A DNA stretch of 32,000 nucleotides from Demequinaceae bacterium (GCA_965250005.1 OZ252279.1:780001-812000), one strand, 5' to 3'. Positions 9,518 to 18,777 are shown, numbered from the stretch's first letter. The notes: a model not told the origin generated them from the letters alone. Program-made: numbers and translations.

Positions 9518-10139
9518 GAACCTCACGCATCCTCTCGACGTCTTGCCACGTGTCCGCATCTTCTGAGCCGACGCCTACGGGCACGTCTATCATCTCGCCT
9601 GATTGCGTGATCATGCGCATCGAAAGTCCCACAAGCCCGCCCGCGCCGTCCAGTTCGGAGAGCCTGGCCCGCAACTTGACCGCATCGTAGGCAGCCAGCA
9701 GCGGCTGCGTCCTGCCCGCCGGGTCGGTGCCCCACGCACCGAGAACCTCTGGCGACATGAACGCCGCGCGTGCGACCACGCTCGCCACGGCAGGCGCCGA
9801 GTAGGGCATGTCGCAAGCGAGCACGAGGGTCAATGGCGGCGCCTCGCTAGCCCGCCCGTCGCCGCCCTCCGCGTCGAGCGCCGCGGTGCCCGCCCCGACG
9901 GCCGCGACTGGACCGCCGAAGGCCGGATCCTCTTGCGTTCCAAGGACGCGCTCAGACCATTCCGACTCAGGGCCAACCACCACCACGCCCTGGGCGCTCG
10001 CGACAGCGGCCAAGGCGCGCGCAAGCAGAGTCGTTCCTCCTACCTCGAGTTGTGCCTTCGACTCGCCGCCGAGCCGTATCGCTCGACCACCTGCAAGCAC
10101 AATCGCCTCGAAAGCCGCGCCGGTCATGCACACCGCCAA
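9510..10139 (-). CDS. mobA: MobA-like molybdenum cofactor nucleotidyltransferase
   Basis: EAIVLAGGRAIRLGGESKAQLEVGGTTLLARAL...LVLACDMPY; NTP-transferase signature in Moco context. Confidence 0.85.
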   Translation of the reverse strand: MAVCMTGAAFEAIVLAGGRAIRLGGESKAQLEVGGTTLLARALAAVASAQGVVVVGPESEWSERVLGTQEDPAFGGPVAAVGAGTAALDAEGGDGRASEAPPLTLVLACDMPYSAPAVASVVARAAFMSPEVLGAWGTDPAGRTQPLLAAYDAVKLRARLSELDGAGGLVGLSMRMITQSGEMIDVPVGVGSEDADTWQDVERMREVHG

Positions 10140-10594
10140 TCTCCCGACTTGCCGCCTGTCTTGGATACCAGGCGAACTTCGCGAATCGTGGTTCCCTTGT
10201 CGAGGCCCTTAACCATGTCGACAACGTTGAGCGCCGCGACTGAAGCGGCGGTGAGAGCCTCCATCTCGACACCCGTGCGGTCTGCGGTGCGGACAGTGGC
10301 CGTGATCGCGACTCCCGCGTCCGTGACCTCAAGATTGACGACGACGCCGTGAACGCCGATGACGTGCGCTAGCGGCAACAGCTCCGGGGTGCGCTTGGCC
10401 GCGGCGATTCCCGCGACGCGAGCGACCGCGAGCACATCACCCTTGGGCACAGCGCCATCGCGCAGGGCGGCGACTACGTGCTCGGCGCACTCGACGAAGG
10501 CCTCGGCCGTCGCGGCGCGAACCGTGGGCTCTTTGGCCGTGACGTCCACCATGCGGGCGTGACCTGCGTCGTCCAAGTGCGTCAACTCTTTCAT
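10124..10594 (-). CDS. moaC: Cyclic pyranopterin monophosphate synthase
   Basis: MKELTHLDDAGHARMVDVTAKEPTVRAATAEA...KRTPELLPLAHVIG...VEMEALTAASVAALNVVDMVKGLD...LVSKTGGKSGDW. The ORF-track upstream extension is inside moeA; the ATG overlaps the moeA stop. Confidence 0.93.
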   Translation of the reverse strand: MKELTHLDDAGHARMVDVTAKEPTVRAATAEAFVECAEHVVAALRDGAVPKGDVLAVARVAGIAAAKRTPELLPLAHVIGVHGVVVNLEVTDAGVAITATVRTADRTGVEMEALTAASVAALNVVDMVKGLDKGTTIREVRLVSKTGGKSGDWRCA

Positions 10595-11790
10595 GAATCC
10601 CACCTTACGACCGCGACGGTGTCGCCGGTCTCCACATCTTCTACGTCCGGTTCCACGAGAGCCCATGCCTCGCCGCGCGCGAGCGCCACGACCAGGTGCG
10701 ACGCCGACCCGCCCGGCGTCGCCAGGCGCACGCCTTGCGCGTCGACGGTGACGGGAACGACCTGAAGTTTTCCTACGGGCGAAGTCCACCTGGCAGCGAC
10801 CGTCGCCCGCTCGGGAACGGGCCACGGATCCTGGCCGAGCGCTGCGCGAATCGCCGGGCGCACGAACATGTCGAAGGACGCAAGCGCGGAGACAGGATTC
10901 CCGGGAAGCGCAAGGATGGGCTTCCCGCCCGGCAGCCTGCCGATGCCTTGCGGTTTGCCTGGCTGCATCGCGAGGCGCACGAACGACACTCCGGTGCCCT
11001 CGAGAGCCGCCTTGACCACATCAAAGGCACCCATGCTCACCCCGCCTGTGGTAACCACCAGGTCCGCGTCCGCCATCTCTACAGCGTCGATAAAACCAGC
11101 GGGATCATCGGGCACGCGGCCGATGCTCACTACCTCCGCGCCGGCGGCGCGGGCTGCGGTGGAGAGCATCAGCGAGTTCGAATCGAAGCCGCCACGCGGC
11201 GGGAGCTTCGCGCCGGGCGCGACCAACTCGCTTCCGGTCGCGACAATGGCCACGCGCGGACGGTCCCGAACGTCGAGAAACGCGTGCCCCGTGCTCGCGA
11301 GCGCGGCGAGCGCAGCCGAGCCAAGCCTGTCTCCCGCTCGCACAACGGTGGCGCCTACAGCGACGTCCTCGCCCGCCCGACGGACGTGAGCTCCAGGAAC
11401 GGGGGCGACGCGAATGTCCACCCAGCCATCCCCCACTTCGACGTTCTCGACCGGGACGATTGCCTCGCAGCCTTGGGGCACGGGTGCACCGGTCATCACC
11501 GCGACCGCCTGACCACGCGCGAGCGAACGATCCCACCCGCCCATCGGGTCCGGCTTGTCCGCGAGGAGGCGCACGGGGCTGGCCTCCGAAGCCCCCGCGA
11601 CGTCCGAGAGTACAACCGCGTACCCGTCCATTGCTGAGTTGTCCCACTGCGGAGATGCGAAGCGCGCGCTAACGGAGCGTGCGCTTACGCGGCCGTGCCC
11701 GTCGGCGATAGGGACTTCCTCGACTCCCGTAAGCGCCATGAGTTCAATTGCTGCAGAACGATGGGCGTCGACCGGCAACAGCTCAGCCAT
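10591..11790 (-). CDS. moeA: Molybdopterin molybdenumtransferase
   Basis: MAELLPVDAH...WDNSAMDGYAVV...TGAPVPQGCEAIVPVENV...VTTGGVSMGAFDVVKAAL...PILALPGNPVSALASFDMFVRP. Confidence 0.94.
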   Translation of the reverse strand: MAELLPVDAHRSAAIELMALTGVEEVPIADGHGRVSARSVSARFASPQWDNSAMDGYAVVLSDVAGASEASPVRLLADKPDPMGGWDRSLARGQAVAVMTGAPVPQGCEAIVPVENVEVGDGWVDIRVAPVPGAHVRRAGEDVAVGATVVRAGDRLGSAALAALASTGHAFLDVRDRPRVAIVATGSELVAPGAKLPPRGGFDSNSLMLSTAARAAGAEVVSIGRVPDDPAGFIDAVEMADADLVVTTGGVSMGAFDVVKAALEGTGVSFVRLAMQPGKPQGIGRLPGGKPILALPGNPVSALASFDMFVRPAIRAALGQDPWPVPERATVAARWTSPVGKLQVVPVTVDAQGVRLATPGGSASHLVVALARGEAWALVEPDVEDVETGDTVAVVRWDS

Positions 11791-12511
11791 GCGACGACCT
11801 CAGCGGCACGGCGCTCCAGCTCCCAGACCTGCCCTCGAATACGCCCACGCGCCCCGCGAGCGGATCACCTACGCCTGCCAGGACCTTAATCGCCTCGGTA
11901 GCCATAGTCGCGCCCACGACCCCGCACACAGTCCCGAGTACGGCGCCTCCCTCGCATGAGTCGAGCTCAAGTCCTGGTTCTTCCGGCAGGAGGTCGCGCA
12001 GCGTCGCGCCGTCCCGAAACACGGACACCTGCCCGTCGTACCCCTGGACCGCTCCCCACACCACAGGAACTCCAGACGCCGCCGCCGCATCGGCGATGGT
12101 CAGGCGGGTGGCGAACGTGTCGGTTGCATCGATCACGAGGTCGTGCTCGCTCAACAGCTCCCCTGCGCTGCCCTCAGTCAACCGTGCGGACACGGCCTCG
12201 ACCGCGACGCTCGGCGCGGTCCGGGCCAGCGCATCGAGCGCGACGTCAACCTTGGTGCGCCCCACGTCGTCGGGGCCGTACAGGATCTGGCGGTGCAGAT
12301 TCGACGCCGCAACGTGGTCGCCGTCCACAAGCGTAAGGTGCCCCACGCCTCCGGCTGCGAGGTACATCGCAACAGGACAACCGAGCCCACCAACGCCCAC
12401 GATCACGACTCGCGCGGCGCCCAGCCTCGACTGTCCAGCGTCGCCAAATCCCGGCAAACTCACCTGTCGAGCGAAGTTATCTCCCACACATGGAACGGTA
12501 TCGGTCGGCAA
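11783..12511 (-). CDS. moeB: MoeB/ThiF-family E1-like adenylyltransferase
   Basis: FARQVSLPGFGDAGQSRLGAARVVIVGVGGLGCPVAMYLAAGGVGHLTLVDGDHVAASNLHRQILY...LVIDATDTFATR; TTG start assumed. Confidence 0.82.
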   Translation of the reverse strand: MPTDTVPCVGDNFARQVSLPGFGDAGQSRLGAARVVIVGVGGLGCPVAMYLAAGGVGHLTLVDGDHVAASNLHRQILYGPDDVGRTKVDVALDALARTAPSVAVEAVSARLTEGSAGELLSEHDLVIDATDTFATRLTIADAAAASGVPVVWGAVQGYDGQVSVFRDGATLRDLLPEEPGLELDSCEGGAVLGTVCGVVGATMATEAIKVLAGVGDPLAGRVGVFEGRSGSWSAVPLRSSHG

Positions 12512-13181
12512 TGATCTGCACCAGTCGCGCGTCAGGCGCGAGCGGGCCGGTCACATGGTCACCGCCAGCGTCGGCCAGCTTGTCCTGGAAGTGGCCAGGC
12601 GCAAGCAAGTAGGAGGCGACCGCCACCACGTCATCGCCGGACTCGCGGGTGGATGCGACGGCGCCTGCAACAGTGGGCTCGATGTTCGCGGCGTACCCGA
12701 TCCGCACTGGGCCATCCCAGGCGGCCCTGAGCATGATGGCGGCCGCCTCGACGTCTGCTTGGCTGCGCGCGTCAGTGGACCCCGCGGCAGCCAGGACGAC
12801 CGTCGCACCGGCCGGCACGTGAGCCTCACGGAGGCGATCCACGACGATCTCAAGGACTCTCACGTCCGGACCGAGCGGCGGTGCCGCGACCACATCCACC
12901 CGGTCGGCCACGGCCTGCGCAATATCCACGTTGACGTGGTAGCCACCGCTCATCAAGAGGGGAACCACCACTGCTTGAAGGCCGTTACTGGTCGCCAATG
13001 CCGCCACAACATCGCCGATGCGCGGCTCCTGCACGTCGACGAATGCCTCCCGAGTTTCGATACCGAACCGCTCAGTTACGGATGCGATGAGGCCGGCGAC
13101 CACCCGCTGCCCGTTTTGCGAGCGCGTGCCGTGCGAGCATCCAATCAACACCGGGTCGGTGTGGTTCGCCGTCCCGCTCAT
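12477..13181 (-). CDS. CbiX/SirB-like sirohydrochlorin chelatase
   Basis: MSGTANHTDPVLIGCSHGTRSQNGQRVVAGLIASV...VVVPLLMSGGYHVNVDIAQ...ASYLLAPGHFQDKL; CbiX-type histidines. True start is the internal ATG at 13181, not 13709. Confidence 0.85.
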   Translation of the reverse strand: MSGTANHTDPVLIGCSHGTRSQNGQRVVAGLIASVTERFGIETREAFVDVQEPRIGDVVAALATSNGLQAVVVPLLMSGGYHVNVDIAQAVADRVDVVAAPPLGPDVRVLEIVVDRLREAHVPAGATVVLAAAGSTDARSQADVEAAAIMLRAAWDGPVRIGYAANIEPTVAGAVASTRESGDDVVAVASYLLAPGHFQDKLADAGGDHVTGPLAPDARLVQIIADRYRSMCGR

Positions 13182-13276
13182 GCCTCCTCCCCCAGCGCGC
13201 TCCCGCGCCTCATGACGGTGCGCACGCTGCCGCTTCCTGCGAGGCGATCTCCGATGTGTGTCACAGACGTCTCCCG

Positions 13277-14494
13277 CTAGTGAGGCGTGGCGGCGTCGGT
13301 TGACTTGAGCAAGCCCGCTCGCGCCACCTCTCCGATAACGATGATCGCGGGAGCCTTGACGCCTGTCTCGTTCGCCGTGCGGGCTGCCGAACCGAGCTCC
13401 GCATACGTGACCCGCTCGCGCGGCGTTGAGCCGGACTCGATGATCGCCACCGGGAGTTTCGCACTGGCTCCGGCGGCCAGCGCCTCGGTGCAAATCGCGT
13501 CGAGAGCCTTGACACCCATGAGCACCACTACCGTGGCGCCGCCGATTATCGCGGCGAGCATCGCCGGTTCCGGGCCCTCGTGCCCCGTGGTGACCAGGAA
13601 CGACCGCGCAATTCCACGCTGTGTGACCGGGATTCCAGCGAGCGCGGGAACGGACAGCGCGGAAGAAATTCCCGGGATCATCTGGCACGGGACTCCCGCG
13701 TCGATGCACGCATGCATTTCCTCGCCGCCGCGACCGAACACGAACGGGTCTCCGCCTTTGAAGCGCACAACAACGTTGCCTGCGAGAGCACTGTCGACCA
13801 GGATCGTGTTGATCTCCTCCTGCGACACCGGTTCGCTGTCGCGAGCCTTGCCCACGTCCACCAGCTCGACTTCCGCTGGCACGTGGGCAAGGGCGTCGAC
13901 CGCGCCGAGTCGATCGGCGACCACCACGTTCGCCTCGGCGAGCGCGCGCCGCGCAGCAATGGTCATTAGCTCAGGGTCGCCCGGCCCGGTTCCAATCAGC
14001 ACCACGCGCCCGGCTCCCTTGCGGCGGTGCCTGAGGTCGGGAATGTCGGCGTCAATGTGGAGCGCGAGGGCGTCGCGAATGGCGCGTAGCCGGCGTGGGT
14101 CGGGGTCCGCGAGAGAAACCACTCCGAGCGCGATGTCGCCGTGACGTGAGGTCGCGGCCATACGCGCCGATCCGCGCGCAGCGTCGGAGGCATTGATGCA
14201 CAGTATTTCGCGCTGCTCGGCATCGGCGCTCACGGTGTCGTTGAGCGCCTGGTCGTCAGTCGCCGCGACAACCAGCCTTGCGCCGTCAAGATCCGCGGGC
14301 TCGTAGGGGCGCTGACGCCACTCGATCTCGCGGCTGTCGGCAAGCGTCGCGAGTGCATCCGTCAGTTCGGGGGCGACAACCACCACGGCCGCAGCGTCTG
14401 CAAGGAAGATAGGGACGCGTCGGTTCGCGACGGCCCCGCCTCCCACCACCACGACGCGCCTTCCCGCGAGGTCAACGCCAAGAAGCGTCGTCAC
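13277..14494 (-). CDS. cysG: Fused precorrin-2 dehydrogenase / uroporphyrinogen-III C-methyltransferase
   Basis: N-terminal LLGVDLAGRRVVVVGGGAVANRRVPIFL (CysG N-domain) and SUMT motifs GRVVLIGTGPGDPELMTIAARRAL...VVRFKGGDPFVFGRGGEE...PGISSALSVPALAGIPVTQRG. Probable GTG start at 14494. Confidence 0.9.
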   Translation of the reverse strand: MTTLLGVDLAGRRVVVVGGGAVANRRVPIFLADAAAVVVVAPELTDALATLADSREIEWRQRPYEPADLDGARLVVAATDDQALNDTVSADAEQREILCINASDAARGSARMAATSRHGDIALGVVSLADPDPRRLRAIRDALALHIDADIPDLRHRRKGAGRVVLIGTGPGDPELMTIAARRALAEANVVVADRLGAVDALAHVPAEVELVDVGKARDSEPVSQEEINTILVDSALAGNVVVRFKGGDPFVFGRGGEEMHACIDAGVPCQMIPGISSALSVPALAGIPVTQRGIARSFLVTTGHEGPEPAMLAAIIGGATVVVLMGVKALDAICTEALAAGASAKLPVAIIESGSTPRERVTYAELGSAARTANETGVKAPAIIVIGEVARAGLLKSTDAATPH

Positions 14495-14605
14495 GGGGCG
14501 CCTGCAAGATAGGTGTTCACCGTTCCATTGTCGATGGTGCGGGGGCAAGGGATCAAACTCGCGCCCGACGCGGCCAAGGGAACCGCGGAGAGTTGAAGGC
14601 GAGAT

Positions 14606-15952
14606 CTACGCGCGCGCGAGCTCGGAAGCCGCGAACGCGCCCACCGCATCGCTGATCGCCTCAAGCTCCCTCGCCCCGTGCGCGAGCGACACGAACCACG
14701 CCTCGTACGCGGACGGCGGGGGCAGCACCCCTGCACTTTCGAGGACCGCAAACAGCCGCGCGTAGGCCGCGACATCTTGCTGCGACGCCTCCGCGAAGTT
14801 GCGCGGCGCCTGCTCGAGTCCCAGGAAGAACGAGAACAGCGTGCCTGCCGCCCCAACGGAGTGAGTGACGCCCGCGCTTGCTAGCGCGTCCTCGACGGCC
14901 ACGGTGGTTAGCGCGGCCGAACGCGCCAGGTTCGCGTACGCGTCATCGTCGAGCGCCTCGAGCGTTGCAATCCCTGCCGCAACGGCAACGGGGTTGCCCG
15001 ACAGGGTCCCCGCTTGGTACACATCGCCAGCGGGCGCGAGCCGCTCCATGAGTTCCCCACGGCCGGCGACTGCCGCGACAGGGAGCCCCCCTCCAATAAC
15101 CTTCCCGAACGTCACGAGGTCGGGCACCCACGGCTGCTCGCCGTCTCGCACTGCGGCGTCGCGCTCGATCCCCCACCACCCGGCACTTCCTGCACGGAAT
15201 CCAGTCAGCACCTCATCAAGAATGAAGACGGCTCCGGCGTGGGCGCACAGCGACGCGAGCTCGGCGTTTAACCGGGGTTCCGGAGCAATCACGCCCATGT
15301 TCGCGGGCGCCGCCTCTGTAATCACTGCGGCAATCTCGCCTCCGCGGTCGGCAAACAGAGCGCGCGCCACTTCGATGTTGTTGTACGGAAGGACGACGGT
15401 GAGATGAGCGACCGCTTCTGGCACGCCAGCGCTTTCGGGGATTCCCGCAGTCGCAAGCCCCGACCCGGCAGCAACTAACAGCCCGTCGCTGTGCCCGTGG
15501 TAGCACCCCGCGAACTTGACGATCAGGTCGCGGCCCGTCGCTGCGCGCGCGATCCGCAACGCCGTCATGGTCGCCTCGGTGCCCGTCGACACCAGGCGGA
15601 CGCGCTCGGCCGGGGGGTAACGGCGCCGAATTTCCTCAGCGAGCTCCACCTCCGCCTGCGTGGTCGCGCCAAAACTCAGTCCTCGCCCGGCCGCCTCACG
15701 CACGGCTTCGACCACCGCAGGGTGCGCGTGGCCGAGGATCGCGGTTCCCCACGAACCGACGAGGTCGACATACTCGCGACCCTCCGCACTCGTGACGCGC
15801 GAGCCGTTCGCCGACGCGATCGCCACGGGGGTTCCGCCCACGGCCGCCCAGGCCCGCACGGGTGAGTTCACACCGCCCGGCAACACGCCACTCGCGCGCG
15901 CGAAGGAGTCTGCGCGGCCGCCTGCGCTCACCTGGTATCTTCGCGAATCCAT
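14606..15952 (-). CDS. hemL: Glutamate-1-semialdehyde 2,1-aminomutase
   Basis: LPGGVNSPVRAWAAVGGTPVAIASANGSRV...YVDLVGSWGTAILGHAHPAVVEAV...RLVSTGTEATMTALRIARAATGRDLIVKFAGCYHGHSD...FILDEVLTGFR...DLVTFGKVIGGGLPVAAVAG. Confidence 0.97.
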   Translation of the reverse strand: MDSRRYQVSAGGRADSFARASGVLPGGVNSPVRAWAAVGGTPVAIASANGSRVTSAEGREYVDLVGSWGTAILGHAHPAVVEAVREAAGRGLSFGATTQAEVELAEEIRRRYPPAERVRLVSTGTEATMTALRIARAATGRDLIVKFAGCYHGHSDGLLVAAGSGLATAGIPESAGVPEAVAHLTVVLPYNNIEVARALFADRGGEIAAVITEAAPANMGVIAPEPRLNAELASLCAHAGAVFILDEVLTGFRAGSAGWWGIERDAAVRDGEQPWVPDLVTFGKVIGGGLPVAAVAGRGELMERLAPAGDVYQAGTLSGNPVAVAAGIATLEALDDDAYANLARSAALTTVAVEDALASAGVTHSVGAAGTLFSFFLGLEQAPRNFAEASQQDVAAYARLFAVLESAGVLPPPSAYEAWFVSLAHGARELEAISDAVGAFAASELARA

Positions 15953-16938
15953 GTGGCAAGGTCCAACGCCGCGTACGAGACAACGATGTCCGCGCCCGCC
16001 CGCGCCATCGATGTGAATGCCTCCAAGTGCGCCGCGCGGCGGTCAAGCCACCCGCGAGTTGCCGCAGCCTCGATCGAGGCGTACTCCCCCGAGACGTGAT
16101 AGGCGGCCACCGGTACGTCGGACTCGGCCGCGACTTCTGCAAGCACGTCTAGATAGGGCAGCGCAGGCTTCACCATGACGATGTCCGCGCCCTCCTCTAG
16201 GTCGAGGGTGACTTCGCGCATGGCCTCGCGCCCGTTGGCTGGGTCCATCTGGTAGCCAAGCCTGTGGCCTTCCAGCGGCGATTCGACAGCATCGCGGAAG
16301 GGCCCGTAGAACGCTGACGCGTACTTGGCGGCGTACGCCAGCAGTGCCGTGTCGTGGTGGCCGGCGGACTCGAGCGCGTCGCGTACGGCGGCCACTTGGC
16401 CGTCCATCATTCCGCTGAGCCCAAGAATGTCGGCGCCCGCCTCCGCGAGCACCTCTGCCATTTTTCGGTAGACAGCTAGCGTGGCGTCGTTGTCCACGTT
16501 CCCCGCGGAGTCCACAACGCCGCAGTGTCCGTGGTCGGTGAATCCATCCATGCAGAGGTCGGCCATCACTACGAGCTGGCCGCCGGCGGCCGTTTTGGCG
16601 CGGCTGACCGCGAGCGAGAGTATCCCTTCGGGATCGCACGCCGCGCTCCCCTCCGCATCCCGAGTTTCCGGGACCGCATACAGCAAGACCCCGCCTACCC
16701 GCATCGCCGCGGCCCGCTCGACCTCGCCGACGAGAGACTCGAGCGTGTGCTGGTGGACTCCTGGAAGCGAGTCGATCGGATGTGGGGCGTCCAGGCCCTC
16801 GCGGACAAAGATTGGTAGGACCAGATCCGCTGCATGCAGACGAGTCTCGGACACCAGCCTGCGCATGGAGGCCGTCGCCCGGAGCCTGCGCGGGCGAACC
16901 ATCGGTGTGTCCCCATCGCGGTGTTCGTCAGTACCCAT
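15928..16938 (-). CDS. hemB: Porphobilinogen synthase (delta-aminolevulinic acid dehydratase)
   Basis: RPRRLRATASMRRLVSET...LVLPIFVREG...DLCMDGFTDHGHCGVV...GYQMDPANGREAMREVTLDLEEGADIVMVKPALPYLD...AAYHVSGEYA. GAGGAGGA SD before ATG at 16938, which shares one base with the hemD stop. Confidence 0.96.
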   Translation of the reverse strand: MGTDEHRDGDTPMVRPRRLRATASMRRLVSETRLHAADLVLPIFVREGLDAPHPIDSLPGVHQHTLESLVGEVERAAAMRVGGVLLYAVPETRDAEGSAACDPEGILSLAVSRAKTAAGGQLVVMADLCMDGFTDHGHCGVVDSAGNVDNDATLAVYRKMAEVLAEAGADILGLSGMMDGQVAAVRDALESAGHHDTALLAYAAKYASAFYGPFRDAVESPLEGHRLGYQMDPANGREAMREVTLDLEEGADIVMVKPALPYLDVLAEVAAESDVPVAAYHVSGEYASIEAAATRGWLDRRAAHLEAFTSMARAGADIVVSYAALDLATWIREDTR

Positions 16939-17753
16939 CACGATTCCTCCTCGATCATTCCCAGGCAATCTGCCAGCGCCTGGACCATTGCCTCGTACGT
17001 CGGGTTCTCTGCAACGGCATCCACCGTGAGTCCGCAGGCAGTCGCGCCCGCGACGGTATTCTCGCCGATCGCTACCACCATCGTGCCACTTGCCATGTCT
17101 GGACAGTCACGACGCAGTCGCTCGGCCGCCGACGCCGACGTCAGCAGCACCGCATCAACGGCCCCCGATGCGAGAGCGTGCACCACCTCAGCGTCTGGTC
17201 CCTGGCCGTCCACCGTCCGGTATGCCTCGACCGTGACGACTTCCCAGCCGAGCGCCTCAAGTCCACGGGCCAGGGTGTCAGCAGCAAGGCTTCCGAGCGG
17301 CGCTAGGACTCGGCTCGCCGCCCCGCTCACCCCGACAATTGGCGCAGGGAACACCTCAACAAGCCCGCGCGCCGATTGATCAGATTCCGGGACAAGGCTC
17401 ACCTCGAGATCGAGCGCGCGGCATGCCCCAAGCGTCGACTCGCCCACCGTGGCAACGCGTGCATCTGGCTGCGGGTCAGCGAGCGATATGCCCGCGCGCG
17501 CCGCTGCGTCCGCCAGCGCGCCCACGGCGTTCCGGCTGGTGACAGCGAGCCAAGCAAACTCGTGCGCGCACCACCGCGCGGCTGCCGAGTCGAGCGCGCC
17601 CAGCGTCATTGGAGGCTCGATCGAGATGAATTCGACAGCGTCCACGCGCGCGCCCAGCGCGTCAAGCTTGTCAGCGAGCGCCCGGCGCCCGGGTGTCACG
17701 GGCACGAGCACCCTGCGGCCACTCAAGTTGGGTTGAGCCTGGCGCGCCGTCAC
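16938..17753 (-). CDS. hemD: Uroporphyrinogen-III synthase
   Basis: GRRVLVPVTPGRRALADKLDALGARVDAVEFISIEPP...WLAVTSRNAV...VDAVLLTSASAAERLRRD...VAIGENTVAGATACGLTVDAVAENPTYEAMVQAL; position between hemC and hemB. Confidence 0.88.
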   Translation of the reverse strand: MTARQAQPNLSGRRVLVPVTPGRRALADKLDALGARVDAVEFISIEPPMTLGALDSAAARWCAHEFAWLAVTSRNAVGALADAAARAGISLADPQPDARVATVGESTLGACRALDLEVSLVPESDQSARGLVEVFPAPIVGVSGAASRVLAPLGSLAADTLARGLEALGWEVVTVEAYRTVDGQGPDAEVVHALASGAVDAVLLTSASAAERLRRDCPDMASGTMVVAIGENTVAGATACGLTVDAVAENPTYEAMVQALADCLGMIEEES

Positions 17754-18670
17754 GCGCCACTCACGAGGCGCGCGGCGCCGCGACCCAGCAGTGAGCGCCC
17801 CGCATCGCTACCGAGCGCCACCGCCTCTGACGCGGGACCGGACGAGTAGTCGTTGATGGCGAGCGCCCCGTCGATGCTGAGCGCTCTGACGTGCAATGAG
17901 AGCATGCCATCCGCAACAGTCGCGTATGCGCCCACGGGCGACGAGCAACCCGCCTCAAGCACTCCCAATGCCGTACGTTCCGCGAGCGTCGCCACACGTG
18001 TGTCGGGATCGTCGAGACTAGCCACGAGCGAGCGGAGCTCATCCGGCGCGTCGGCGCGAATCTCGACCGCGAGCGCGCCCTGGCCGGGTGCGGGCACCAT
18101 CACCTCGGTTTCCATTACCTCGGCAATCGCGTCGGTCTGGCCCAGCCGGTCGAGGCCTGCCATCGCGAGCACAATGGCGTCGAAGTCGCCGTTTTCAAAT
18201 TTGGACAAGCGAGTGTCGATGTTTCCGCGCAGCCCCTCGACGTGGACGTCGGGGCGCTGGGCGAGAATTTGCGCCGCGCGACGAGGAGCGCTAGTACCCA
18301 CGCGCGCGCCAGCAGGGAGTTCCGCGAGGACGAGGCCCGCGCTGCACAGGGCATCGCGAGCATCCGCGCGCGCAGGAATCGCGGCAATCTCGAGATCCGC
18401 GTGCTGGTCGACCGGCATGTCCTTGAGCGAGTGCACGATCAAGTCGCACTCGCCTGATATGAGCGCGACGCGCAGGGCGGCGACAAACACGCCCGACTTG
18501 TCGGAGCCGGAAATGGGGCCCTTGATCTTGTCGCCCTCGGTCGTGACGGGCTGAAGGTCAATGTCGAGCTCTTCGCCCCGCTTCGCGGCAATGGCGCTCA
18601 ATTGGCTCACAATCAACCCAGATTGAGTGCGCGCGAGCGAACTTGCCCGCGTTCCAAGCCGAAGTTTCAT
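17750..18670 (-). CDS. hemC: Hydroxymethylbilane synthase (porphobilinogen deaminase)
   Basis: LRLGTRASSLARTQSGLIVSQL...DLIVHSLKDMPV...VGTSAPRRAAQ...RGNIDTRLSK...APGQGALAVEIR...LEAGCSSPVGAYATV. Confidence 0.97.
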   Translation of the reverse strand: MKLRLGTRASSLARTQSGLIVSQLSAIAAKRGEELDIDLQPVTTEGDKIKGPISGSDKSGVFVAALRVALISGECDLIVHSLKDMPVDQHADLEIAAIPARADARDALCSAGLVLAELPAGARVGTSAPRRAAQILAQRPDVHVEGLRGNIDTRLSKFENGDFDAIVLAMAGLDRLGQTDAIAEVMETEVMVPAPGQGALAVEIRADAPDELRSLVASLDDPDTRVATLAERTALGVLEAGCSSPVGAYATVADGMLSLHVRALSIDGALAINDYSSGPASEAVALGSDAGRSLLGRGAARLVSGA

Positions 18671-18731
18671 GCCCTTAGCGTGCCACAGGCCGCCTCACGC
18701 GCCGCACCGCCCGCGGCGCCTCCGCGGGGCT

Positions 18732-18761
18732 GCGGGTCGCGAGGGCAGGCCCTCGCCCCGC
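18732..18761. terminator. Strong GC-rich hairpin between hemC and the YceI-like remnant
   Basis: gcggg-tc-gcgaggg-cagg-ccctcgc-cccgc: 7-bp inner stem with 4-nt loop (18739-18756) extended by a 5-bp stem across a 2-nt bulge. No T tract on either side. Confidence 0.35.
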
Positions 18762-18777
18762 GCGGCAACGTAGCTCG

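Noticed and set aside
11748-13280. 510-aa plus-strand ORF antisense to moeB-like and cbiX-like genes
   Set aside because: Ser/Pro/Thr-rich antisense shadow typical of high-GC genomes; minus-strand genes here have clear family motifs.
13182-13709. N-terminal extension of the chelatase-like gene (410-aa ORF)
   Set aside because: Arg/Gly-rich and antisense-like in composition, inside the cysG-like gene; the real protein starts at MSGTANHTD.
16440-16560. HemB metal-site variant (DLCMDGFTDHGHCG, middle Cys replaced by Asp)
   Set aside because: As far as I recall, similar DxCLDxxTDHGHCG forms are common in Actinobacteria, so not treated as unusual.
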